A stretch of 64,000 nt of DNA from an uncultured virus (IMG/VR IMGVR_UViG_3300002835_000031) (taxonomy: Duplodnaviria > Heunggongvirae > Uroviricota > Caudoviricetes). Location of the stretch: the IMG/VR virus record IMGVR_UViG_3300002835_000031. One strand, written 5' to 3'. The notes beneath the pieces are model-generated. The model was not told the origin of the DNA. It was given only the letters and a program-made list of their open reading frames with translations, and ran no database searches. Below are positions 55,329 to 64,000 of the stretch, piece by piece (position 1 is the stretch's first letter; every line of letters starts with the position of its first letter). Made by a program: the position numbers and the translations under genes.

Positions 55329-58300
55329 TCACAATCCTGCTAATAAGAACGGATTAAACGTCTGTGTTGTTATTGCCTCATTACCGAAGAATTTAACTTC
55401 AATTGTAGAGTTTGGTGATGGAGTGGGAATCAATGTTAATATTGTTCCTGATACTGTGTAGTCCGTAGTAGGAATCTGAACCAATCCGTCTATGGTAACA
55501 ATGATACGTCTTGCTAACGATACAGAAGTGCCCAATGTTATATTTGCATTACCACCTGCGAATGTTTGACTATCTGTAATAGCATGTACGCCACCGCTGA
55601 TTAAACCATTGGCTGCAAGAGTTATACCTTCACCTGCGGTCAACGCAGATACCACACGGGCATTTGTGAAATATAAGTTACTACCAACTTCTGCAACATT
55701 GGCAGTTGTCAGCCCAACAATAGCTGTTGCGAATACTGTTGCACTTACGTTGGCTGAAATTCTACCGTTCGCTTCAATTGTAATATTGTTTCCAGCCAAT
55801 GTTGGTAACAATGCAATAACATTAGAGTAAACTCTGGTGTTTGTGTAATATAAATTATTTGTGCCTTCAGTAATACCATTTGTATTACCTGTAAATGATG
55901 ATGCACCTACACCCGTTAAAGATGAACCATCACCAAAGAATTTTGTTGCAGTTACATTGCCAGTTGCTACAATATTGCTTGAATTTAAATTAATATTGGC
56001 CGCAGTTATGCTAACATTGCTTGCTGCATTGATATTAAAATTACTGGTAGACGTTATCGAACCTGTACCTGTAGCAGTTGATATGAATGTATTAGAATAT
56101 ACGTTGCCCGTTAATATAATATTTCCACCAGAAACAATATTAAAGTCACCGGTTGCCGTTAATGTACCTGTACCGGTTGCTGCAGCAATAAAGCTATTGG
56201 CAATAACGTTGCCTGCATTAATGTTACCGGTATATGTTGTTAGGAATGCACCTACATTTGCGTTACCATATGTGCTAATTACTGGATTGGCCGCAAGATA
56301 CGCAATAACATTAGATACCACGCGAGCATTTGAGTAATATAAATTGCCGCCAAATTCATTTACGTTGGCTGTGTTTAAGCCTGTAACCGAACTTGCGTTC
56401 AATGTCGTTGTAGATGAAATCTGACCATTTCCGCTGATTGATATACCAGAACCTGCGGACAATGCAGAAACAACTCTTGCATTTGTAAAATATAAATTAC
56501 CGCTTGTTTCAATAACATTAGCAGTATATAAACCAACCCAGTTTACAGCTGTAATGGTATTTGTGCTAATTAGGTTAGCCTCCGTAATAGAGCCACCTGT
56601 TCCGCCACCTACAATAGTGTTCGCAAAAATAACGCTAGCAGAAATATTATTTGCGCTAATTAAATTAGCACCCGTAATAGAACCGCCTAAGCCTTGGCCT
56701 GCAATAATCGCATTAGCATTAATATTGCCCGCATTAATATTGCCGGTATACGTTGTTAGGAATGCACCTACATTGGCATTACCAAATGTTCCGCCCTGTG
56801 GATTTGCTGCAAGATATGCCGTAACATTTGATAATACTCTGGCATTTGTGTAATATAAATTACTATTTGATTCGGATACGTTAGCAGTGGTCAAGCCAAC
56901 AATGGATAAAACATTTACTGTTGCACTAGCTGTAGCAGAAATTCTACCATTTGCGGCAATTGTAATATTATCGCCGGCCAAGGATGGTAAGAATCCTATA
57001 ACATTTGATTGAACTCTTGCATTTGTAAAATATAAATTACCACTTGTTTCAATTACGTTGGCTGTGTATAAACCAATCCAATTTACTGAAGAAATGTTAT
57101 TTGTGCTGATCAAATTAGCACCAGTAACAGAACCTCCAGAGCCACCACCAATAATGGTGTTTGCAGTAATAACACTTGCAGAAATATTATTTGCGCTAAT
57201 TAAATTAGCACCAGTAATAGAACCACCTAAACCAGTTCCCGAAATAATCGCATTAGCAATTACATTGCCTGCACTAATGTTACCAGTATATGTTGTTAGG
57301 AAAGCCCCAACATTGGCATTGCCATAAGTACTAATTACCGGATTTGCTGCAAGGTAAGCGGTAACATTTGACAATACTCTGGCATTTGAATAATATAAAT
57401 TGCCACCAAATTCATTTACGTTGGCTGTGTTTAAGCCTGTAACAGAACTTGCGTTTACTGTTGCTGTAGATGATATTTGGCCGTTTGCAGATAATGAAAT
57501 ACCTGAGCCTGCGGACAATGCAGAAACAACTCTGGCATTTGTAAAATATAAATTACCACTGGTTTCAATAACATTCGCAGTATATAAATTGTGCCATGTT
57601 GTTGATGAAATTCTTCCCGCAGTAACATTTCCAGTTGTTACGATATTGTTTGAATTTAAATTAATGTTACTTGCTGTTATATTAACATTGCCGGCAGCAT
57701 TAATATTAAAGTCGGATGTTGATGCAATTGATCCAGAGCCTGTTGCGGTAGATATAAATGTATTGGCAAAAACATTACCTGTTAATCTAATGTTGCCGCC
57801 GGAAACAATATTAAAATCGCCAGTGGCGTTTAATGTACCTGTACCTGGTGCAGTAGATATAAAACTATTTGCAATTACATTACCAGCACTAATATTACCG
57901 GTATACGTTGTTAGGAAAGCGCTCACATTAGCTGTGCCAAATGTGCCAACTTGCGGATTTGCTTCAAGATATGCAGTAACATTCGATAACACACGAGCAT
58001 TTGTATAATATAAATTGCTATTTGATTCTGATACGTTAGCTGTGTTCAAACCTACAACTGAACTTGCGTTTACTGTTGTTGTGGATGAAATTTGTCCGTT
58101 ACCGCTAATTGCAATACCGGAACCAGCTGACAATGCAGAAACAACTCTGGCATTTGTAAAATACAAATTACCACTGGTTTCAATTACATTTGCTGTGTAT
58201 AGTCCAAGCCAATTTACAGATGAAATATTATTTGTACTAATTAGGTTAGCACCTGTAAACGAACCGCCTGTTCCTGAACCAGTAATAATTGTGTTAGCAA

Positions 58301-60077
58301 TTACATTACCAGCACTAATGTTACCTGTATATGCAGATAACAGTGCAATAACATTAGCATATACTCTTGCGTTTGTATAATATAAATTGCCTGCAACTTC
58401 TGTTACGTTTGCAGTAGATAAATTGTTAACAGTTGTTTCAATTGTTGCTGTTACATTTGCCGTTGCACGAATCGTACCTGTAGCCGGGTCATAGATAATT
58501 GTAGAGTCGCCAGCGCTTAATGCCGCTCTTGCAAGAGCATTACTAAAATACTTGTTAGTGCCTTCGGTTAAATTACTTGTGGTGAAGTTGCTTAATGTTG
58601 ATACTGTACCTTGTACATTACCAAATAATGTGGTAGCCGATAAATTTGCCAATCTAAATGACGCGTGCGCAGTATTGATAAAGATGTTTGCATCGGGTGC
58701 AGGATCGTAGTTATCAAATACTTTAAATGTTCCGTCGGTTGCATCTCTAAAGAAACCGGCATTATGATATACGCCATCGTTATAGTTAAATGCAATACCT
58801 AGATCCGGATTTGCAGATGGTGAACCATTGTTCAAATAAATCATATTGTCCGATATGGACAAATTATTTGAGCTGTGAGTTGTTACATTACCGTAAAAAT
58901 TTACAGGCCCGGTAACATTTAATCCACCAAATGTAACATTTGAAGATGTGGATACATTTTGACCAATTGAAATACCGCCGGTTGTGTTATCATATGATAC
59001 GCCAGTATCGCCAGATAATGCAGATCTTACACGAGAATTTGTATAATAAAGATTGTTTAGTTCTGTAACATTGGCAGTTGTAATATTTGCTGTTAAAGGA
59101 CCGTTAATAACAACGCCATCACTACCGCTTAAAGTAACAATGCCGATCGCAGATACTGTTACGTTGCCAGTAGATGATATTAATCCTGAGCCTGGACCGG
59201 TTGATACAAAATTATTTGCAATTACATTGCCGCTAACATTCAAATTACCAACAACACTATTAACAGCTACCGCTAATAAATTAGCAGAAATTCTACCATT
59301 TGCAGCAATAATAATATTATCGCCGGCTAATGTGGGTAACAACGCAATAACATTAGATGCTACTCTTGCATTGGTATAATATAAATTGTTTAATTCTACA
59401 ACATTTGCAGTAGTAAGGTCCGTAACATTTGCTTTAAGATTTAATAGCGGAGTAACATTAGATACTACTCTTGCATTGGTGTAATATAAATTGTTTAATT
59501 CTACAACATTTGCGGTTGTTAAATCTGTAACATTTGCTTTAAGATTTAATAGCGGAGTAACATTCGCCAATACTCTTGCATTGGTAAAGTATAAATTTGT
59601 ACCTTCTGCTAAATCAGCAGTTGTAAAATTACTTAATGTTAAAACAGTATTTGCAACATTAGCAGTTAATGCAATATTTGCAAAATTAGCATTTGCAGCA
59701 AAAAATGCAGTATTAGCAACAAGCGAACTTTGAACTATTCCCAATATGGTATTGGCTACATTCGATAATTCGGTGGACGAAACAGTAATTATATTAGGAA
59801 CCCAATTTGTTCCGTCCCATATTAAACCATATCCAAGACCAGGGGCAAGCGTTACAGTATCTACATCTGCTAACGCATTAATACTTATTGCTGATAAATT
59901 TGCCGTAGGTAAAATCCAAGCTCGGTTACCATCTACATTCGCAGTTAATACATAACCATTGGCAGCAGGCAAGCCTAAGTCTGGTTCAGTTTCCTCTAGA
60001 CGTATAAATTCATAACGACTAGCGCTTACATTGGCGCTAGGTGTCTTTTTTACTCTACCCGATATTAGTTTAGTCAT
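55329..60077 (-). CDS. long Asn/Thr/Gly-rich repeat fibre protein (1582 aa)
   Basis: ~16 NLY(Y/F)(T/S)NAR modules; C-terminal IVTIDGLVQIPTTDYTVSG domain; ends FNPFLLAGL. Confidence 0.85.
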   Translation of the reverse strand: MTKLISGRVKKTPSANVSASRYEFIRLEETEPDLGLPAANGYVLTANVDGNRAWILPTANLSAISINALADVDTVTLAPGLGYGLIWDGTNWVPNIITVSSTELSNVANTILGIVQSSLVANTAFFAANANFANIALTANVANTVLTLSNFTTADLAEGTNLYFTNARVLANVTPLLNLKANVTDLTTANVVELNNLYYTNARVVSNVTPLLNLKANVTDLTTANVVELNNLYYTNARVASNVIALLPTLAGDNIIIAANGRISANLLAVAVNSVVGNLNVSGNVIANNFVSTGPGSGLISSTGNVTVSAIGIVTLSGSDGVVINGPLTANITTANVTELNNLYYTNSRVRSALSGDTGVSYDNTTGGISIGQNVSTSSNVTFGGLNVTGPVNFYGNVTTHSSNNLSISDNMIYLNNGSPSANPDLGIAFNYNDGVYHNAGFFRDATDGTFKVFDNYDPAPDANIFINTAHASFRLANLSATTLFGNVQGTVSTLSNFTTSNLTEGTNKYFSNALARAALSAGDSTIIYDPATGTIRATANVTATIETTVNNLSTANVTEVAGNLYYTNARVYANVIALLSAYTGNISAGNVIANTIITGSGTGGSFTGANLISTNNISSVNWLGLYTANVIETSGNLYFTNARVVSALSAGSGIAISGNGQISSTTTVNASSVVGLNTANVSESNSNLYYTNARVLSNVTAYLEANPQVGTFGTANVSAFLTTYTGNISAGNVIANSFISTAPGTGTLNATGDFNIVSGGNIRLTGNVFANTFISTATGSGSIASTSDFNINAAGNVNITASNINLNSNNIVTTGNVTAGRISSTTWHNLYTANVIETSGNLYFTNARVVSALSAGSGISLSANGQISSTATVNASSVTGLNTANVNEFGGNLYYSNARVLSNVTAYLAANPVISTYGNANVGAFLTTYTGNISAGNVIANAIISGTGLGGSITGANLISANNISASVITANTIIGGGSGGSVTGANLISTNNISSVNWIGLYTANVIETSGNLYFTNARVQSNVIGFLPSLAGDNITIAANGRISATASATVNVLSIVGLTTANVSESNSNLYYTNARVLSNVTAYLAANPQGGTFGNANVGAFLTTYTGNINAGNINANAIIAGQGLGGSITGANLISANNISASVIFANTIVGGGTGGSITEANLISTNTITAVNWVGLYTANVIETSGNLYFTNARVVSALSAGSGISISGNGQISSTTTLNASSVTGLNTANVNEFGGNLYYSNARVVSNVIAYLAANPVISTYGNANVGAFLTTYTGNINAGNVIANSFIAAATGTGTLTATGDFNIVSGGNIILTGNVYSNTFISTATGTGSITSTSNFNINAASNVSITAANINLNSSNIVATGNVTATKFFGDGSSLTGVGASSFTGNTNGITEGTNNLYYTNTRVYSNVIALLPTLAGNNITIEANGRISANVSATVFATAIVGLTTANVAEVGSNLYFTNARVVSALTAGEGITLAANGLISGGVHAITDSQTFAGGNANITLGTSVSLARRIIVTIDGLVQIPTTDYTVSGTILTLIPTPSPNSTIEVKFFGNEAITTQTFNPFLLAGL

Positions 60078-60405
60078 TTGCTGTTTCTAATAAACTCATA
60101 ACTAATTTTAGTGCGGTGTTTGCACTGGCAAAAGCTACCACCTTTTGTCCCGTCTCTAATACAAGCTTACCTGTTAAAACACTTGCAGAATCCTTTGTGG
60201 GAATCTCAAAATCTTTGGCCAATTCAATTTGTTGATTTGTTGCCGTACTATGTAATAGAGTAGTTGATACCGTATTATTACTCACATTAGTTACTTGCAA
60301 AGATAAGATAATAGATGTTTTTAACGCAGGTGCGGTATAAATTACATTAGATTGTGTTGTAAGATTTGATGTTATTGTTTTAAATACGTTTAATGCTGTT
60401 GCCAT
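60070..60405 (-). CDS. small adaptor-like virion protein (LNVFKT type)
   Basis: 111 aa; IYTAP...SIILSLQVTN...GKLVLETG; follows the 848-aa protein. Confidence 0.75.
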   Translation of the reverse strand: MATALNVFKTITSNLTTQSNVIYTAPALKTSIILSLQVTNVSNNTVSTTLLHSTATNQQIELAKDFEIPTKDSASVLTGKLVLETGQKVVAFASANTALKLVMSLLETAND

Positions 60406-60408
60406 TTA

Positions 60409-62955
60409 TTATCCTTCGATTGCTAGTATATACGGTGTCATAACTGCAAACAATGCCTTATTGAATGTTCTACCTGTAATTGTGCCGTCAACTCTATTTA
60501 TAACCAATCCTGTACCAATTCTAAAATCGCCAAGCTGGTCGGTACTAGTAAAGTATACTTTTCCTCCGCGCAATTCGGTAACTTCATTTTCCTGTATTGG
60601 TACGCCACCTAAATAGGGCAAAGCGGTTGCAATAGTAGTGCCGGAACCAACATATTCAAATGTGTGTCCGCTGGATGAAATATAACTTCCTTGATGGAAA
60701 GAAACTGTAGAATTGGCCAACAAAGACTCATTAACTACTTCTAAAAATGTAACTGTACTAGTGTTGCCAATTAATTCAGTTGCACCGCTAACGGTATAGA
60801 ATGTGCCAGCACCATTACTAATATTTGCCCAGTTTTGATTTACAAATCCTATCACTTCAGCAGTAATAAATTCTCGATTAGCTAAAACTAATTTTGTAGC
60901 ATTAATAATGTTGGTATTAGAACTAGGAGTAAATGTTATTGGAGTTTTTGCAGGTGCAGCATTGGGTCCTAGTGTGACAATATTTGCAATTAATGCCACA
61001 TCAGCTAATAATAGATTTGCTTCAGCCGACGTTGCGTATGATGCTGCTGTGGTATTTTGAGTTATAGCTGTTTGATAAACATTAGCAATTACGTTGCCTC
61101 TTACAATTTTATCAACAAGATTTCCAATAAAATAATATGCTGCTCCTGTTTGAACGACTTGATCATTAATTTGTGTATCAGTTGCGTCATATTGATAATA
61201 ATAAGTACCAGCAATAACAGATTGTTTATTGCCAGTATGTCGCAAATCAAACGTAACACTTTCTAGAATATACCCAACATCTCTGGAACACGTTGAAACT
61301 GCATTGGCATAATCTATAAAATTGGTGTTTGCCCAATATCCAGGATATGTGGAATCAATATATCCAATGACTTCAGCTGCTATAAATGCCTTATTTGCAA
61401 TGATTAAATTTGCAGCATTGTTTACATTTACATTTGTATTTGCAGGATACTGATTGGGTACAATTGTGTCTGTAACGCCAGCTGTACCATTTTGAATAAT
61501 GTTTGTAACCACATTAAAATTATTTTGTATTATTGTACTTTCAACTGCCGTGCCGCCTGTGCCATTTGAGGGTGATACATTTGACTGATACACTTGGCTA
61601 ACAGTAGTACCTTGTGCAAATTGAACTGCAATTTGTGCCGCAACATTAATTCCATTTAATGTTTCAGGAGTTTGATTTGGTATAGCGGAAGTAGGTTGTG
61701 ACCAATATTGTAATCCTGCAAATGTTGATTGAGTATTACTATTATATCCCAAATCAATTGCCAAAGAATCAACAATTAATCTAGTATCTCTTGCACATTT
61801 TGTTTGATTATAATTTGCAAATATTGCAGCATCACCATAATTTGGTTTAATTGGTAAATTATAAATCACTACACTATTAGTTGCTTCTACAGTTGCATTT
61901 GCTACTTTTCCAAAATATAAAGGTTCGCTTACTCCGTCTGCCCACAAACCATAATTACCAAAAGCCGCATTAGAATTTGTAACTGAGCAAAATCCACCAT
62001 TTTCACATTTAATTGCAATGCTACAACAAATTGTGAATACAGATACCAACTGAGTATACCCTCTATTTAGCATATGAATGCCGATGCCGCCTTCATTCGT
62101 TTGTGTGTACGCATCACACACCATAGAACGCAATCCGGTAACATACCTACCATCTACACGCATACCTGTACCGGTAGTTGTAATAGAAGAACAATTCTGT
62201 ATATATGGACTGGTTACAATAGTACCAGCAGATCCATTTGGATTATATGAGAATGCGGCCGCAGGCGATACGTGGTCTCTGAATGTAATACCTGTTACAT
62301 AAGAAGCATTCTCAACATAGAACATATCAACCGATGGTTGCGTTGGTCTAATTGTAGTTGTTCTTAGATTATCCCCTACTAATGCAACACGTCTAGGTAT
62401 TGTTACTGGTTGATTGTGTAGTCTGTAATCTCCGCTTCTTAAGAATACGGTTGTCCACTCTGTGGCCGCAGCCAATGCCACGTGGATATTGGCAAATGCG
62501 TTACCCGTTGTTTTGCCATCATTTGCATCGTTACCATTTTGTGCAACGTATAATACGTTAGAATTAAATCTTGAAACTAATGCTCTTAATTCCGCAACAG
62601 TTGGTTGAATTGCGGCCTCAACTCTTGCATTTGTGTAATATAAATTACTTGCAGATTCTTGCACATTAGCAGTTGTTAAATCTGTAACATTTGCTTTTGC
62701 GTTTAATAAACTAATTACATTAGCATAAACTTTTGCATTTGTAAAATATTGATTAGTGCCTTCTGCAAGATTTGATGTTGTTTGATTTGATAAACTGCTT
62801 ACAGTACCAGTTACATTACCAACAAGTGAACCATTGACAGTTAAATTGCCAAAGATACCATTATAGGTTACATTTATATTGTTTGCGGTCAGGTAATCTA
62901 CGCCATAGACGTTACCTGAAACTCTTAACCCTGATTTTACTCTAAAATCTTGCAT
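60409..62955 (-). CDS. virion protein with pectin-lyase-like beta-helix interrupted by two C.RD...DL repeats
   Basis: VLYVAQNGNDANDG...VGDNLRTTTIRP...SPYIQNCS; KCARDTRLIVDSLAIDL / CSRDVGYILESVTFDL; HTFEYVGSG. Confidence 0.8.
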   Translation of the reverse strand: MQDFRVKSGLRVSGNVYGVDYLTANNINVTYNGIFGNLTVNGSLVGNVTGTVSSLSNQTTSNLAEGTNQYFTNAKVYANVISLLNAKANVTDLTTANVQESASNLYYTNARVEAAIQPTVAELRALVSRFNSNVLYVAQNGNDANDGKTTGNAFANIHVALAAATEWTTVFLRSGDYRLHNQPVTIPRRVALVGDNLRTTTIRPTQPSVDMFYVENASYVTGITFRDHVSPAAAFSYNPNGSAGTIVTSPYIQNCSSITTTGTGMRVDGRYVTGLRSMVCDAYTQTNEGGIGIHMLNRGYTQLVSVFTICCSIAIKCENGGFCSVTNSNAAFGNYGLWADGVSEPLYFGKVANATVEATNSVVIYNLPIKPNYGDAAIFANYNQTKCARDTRLIVDSLAIDLGYNSNTQSTFAGLQYWSQPTSAIPNQTPETLNGINVAAQIAVQFAQGTTVSQVYQSNVSPSNGTGGTAVESTIIQNNFNVVTNIIQNGTAGVTDTIVPNQYPANTNVNVNNAANLIIANKAFIAAEVIGYIDSTYPGYWANTNFIDYANAVSTCSRDVGYILESVTFDLRHTGNKQSVIAGTYYYQYDATDTQINDQVVQTGAAYYFIGNLVDKIVRGNVIANVYQTAITQNTTAASYATSAEANLLLADVALIANIVTLGPNAAPAKTPITFTPSSNTNIINATKLVLANREFITAEVIGFVNQNWANISNGAGTFYTVSGATELIGNTSTVTFLEVVNESLLANSTVSFHQGSYISSSGHTFEYVGSGTTIATALPYLGGVPIQENEVTELRGGKVYFTSTDQLGDFRIGTGLVINRVDGTITGRTFNKALFAVMTPYILAIEG

Positions 62956-62984
62956 TACTAATCCTGTTGTATGCCATTATTTTT

Positions 62985-64000
62985 TTATTTTTCGGTATAT
63001 GTAGCGCCTGTCAATTTTACCGTAACTTGTATTGCTGGATCTGAAACATTACCATAAATTATAACATTACCAGTATTTATGTCTACCTGGAATGATAATA
63101 GATCTAAATTATTATCATTTGACAACATGGCATATTGAGTTATAAAACTACTAGTATCATCATGCATTACTAACAATTCACCTGAATTATATTTACCGGT
63201 GTATCCCGCACTTGTACCTTTTGCAGTATACACGTATTTTGCAGTTGAATATGTAGAAGTACTAAATCTTGTTATCTCTACATTTCCAGTTGTTGTAATA
63301 TTTGCAACTATTGCGTTGGATTGCCCAGCATTAGCTTTAATGAATTTTGTTCCATCCCATACCAATGTATCATTTGGTTGTATATTTGAAATATCAACAT
63401 CTGCAAACACATTAATGCTCATTTGTGCTACATTGGATAGTACGCGAGCATTAGAATAATAAAGATTATTTAATTCTACAACATTAGCAGTAGTTAAATC
63501 TACTACGTTAGCTTTTAATGCTAAATTCGGTGCTATTTGTGCGTTAACTCTTGCATTAGTATAGTAAAGATTGTTTAATTCTACAACATTTGCAGTGGTT
63601 AAATCTGTAACATTAGCTTTTAATCTTAAATTGGATTCAACTTGCGCATTAACTCTTGCATTTGTGTAGTAAAGATAATGAGGTCTTTCAATTATAGTAA
63701 TTGTACCTACCATTGAACCGTGGAATTGGCATATGTAATAATATGTTCCAGGAGCAATACCTGCAGTATCCCAGACTACCGTACCGATTTGCGCGCCATT
63801 ATTAGTTACACCGGTAGTTACTGCGGATCCTGTGCCAGTTGTTGCAACAGTCTTTATCCAAAACGGATGCCCTGATGCATTAACATTAAATGTTAAAACA
63901 GTCCCAGCTTCAGCTGTAATAGCTATATTATTTCCAGAACTGTACCCCGTAAACACATAGGCGCTGGAACCCGAAGCAGTTACACCATATGTTCTGTCTG
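62985..64000 (-). CDS. fibre/structural protein with cupredoxin-like domain, 5' end outside the window
   Basis: Frame stays open to the window edge; GHPFWI...YYYICQFHGSMVGTI; three LYY(T/S)NAR modules. Confidence 0.8.
   Translation of the reverse strand, partial: DRTYGVTASGSSAYVFTGYSSGNNIAITAEAGTVLTFNVNASGHPFWIKTVATTGTGSAVTTGVTNNGAQIGTVVWDTAGIAPGTYYYICQFHGSMVGTITIIERPHYLYYTNARVNAQVESNLRLKANVTDLTTANVVELNNLYYTNARVNAQIAPNLALKANVVDLTTANVVELNNLYYSNARVLSNVAQMSINVFADVDISNIQPNDTLVWDGTKFIKANAGQSNAIVANITTTGNVEITRFSTSTYSTAKYVYTAKGTSAGYTGKYNSGELLVMHDDTSSFITQYAMLSNDNNLDLLSFQVDINTGNVIIYGNVSDPAIQVTVKLTGATYTEK

Noticed and set aside
46346..59955. Many plus-strand ORFs of 60-200 aa over the fibre, Gly-rich and RCC1 genes
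   Set aside because: Antisense shadows of low-complexity codon usage; they mirror the repeats and lack their own expression signals.
1..64000. tRNA/rRNA genes and stop-codon reassignment
   Set aside because: No cloverleaf with T-loop/D-loop consensus noticed by eye; genes are full length and densely packed under the standard code.

Overview
A 64-kb segment of a large T4-like (Tevenvirinae/cyanomyovirus-style) phage with a Gram-negative host, almost entirely coded on the minus strand. Evidence: gp61-type primase, NrdA/NrdB/thioredoxin, ThyX, dCMP deaminase, an i-/o-spanin pair, NATAAATA late promoters and consensus sigma70 early promoters. Positions 1-10.6 kb are a hyperplastic early region of small ORFs driven by a repeated promoter/stem-loop cassette; five copies have a back-to-back partner promoter, and an AT-rich ORF-free origin candidate lies at 2.8-3.25 kb. 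Positions 13-23 kb hold nucleotide metabolism, replication and lysis genes. Positions 23-64 kb form a virion-appendage locus. It has very long Asn-rich repeat fibres, each followed by a ~110-120 aa adaptor-like gene. Window-wide there are 12 paralogous 7-bladed RCC1/BLIP-II-type propellers and 5 glycine-rich proteins (one of each displaced to 10.9-13 kb), all built as short N-terminal peptide + proline linker + variable head. Embedded among these genes is an enzyme set: two sulfotransferases (one fused to a TPR/GT9-like domain), a GT2-like glycosyltransferase, a SAM methyltransferase, two 2OG-Fe(II) oxygenases and an APS kinase fused to an HxGH nucleotidyltransferase. The leading hypothesis, which is inference and untested, is a modular adhesin library plus a phage-encoded hydroxylation/glycosylation/sulfation pathway that decorates the virion. 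All calls come from motif recognition by eye; no database searches were run.
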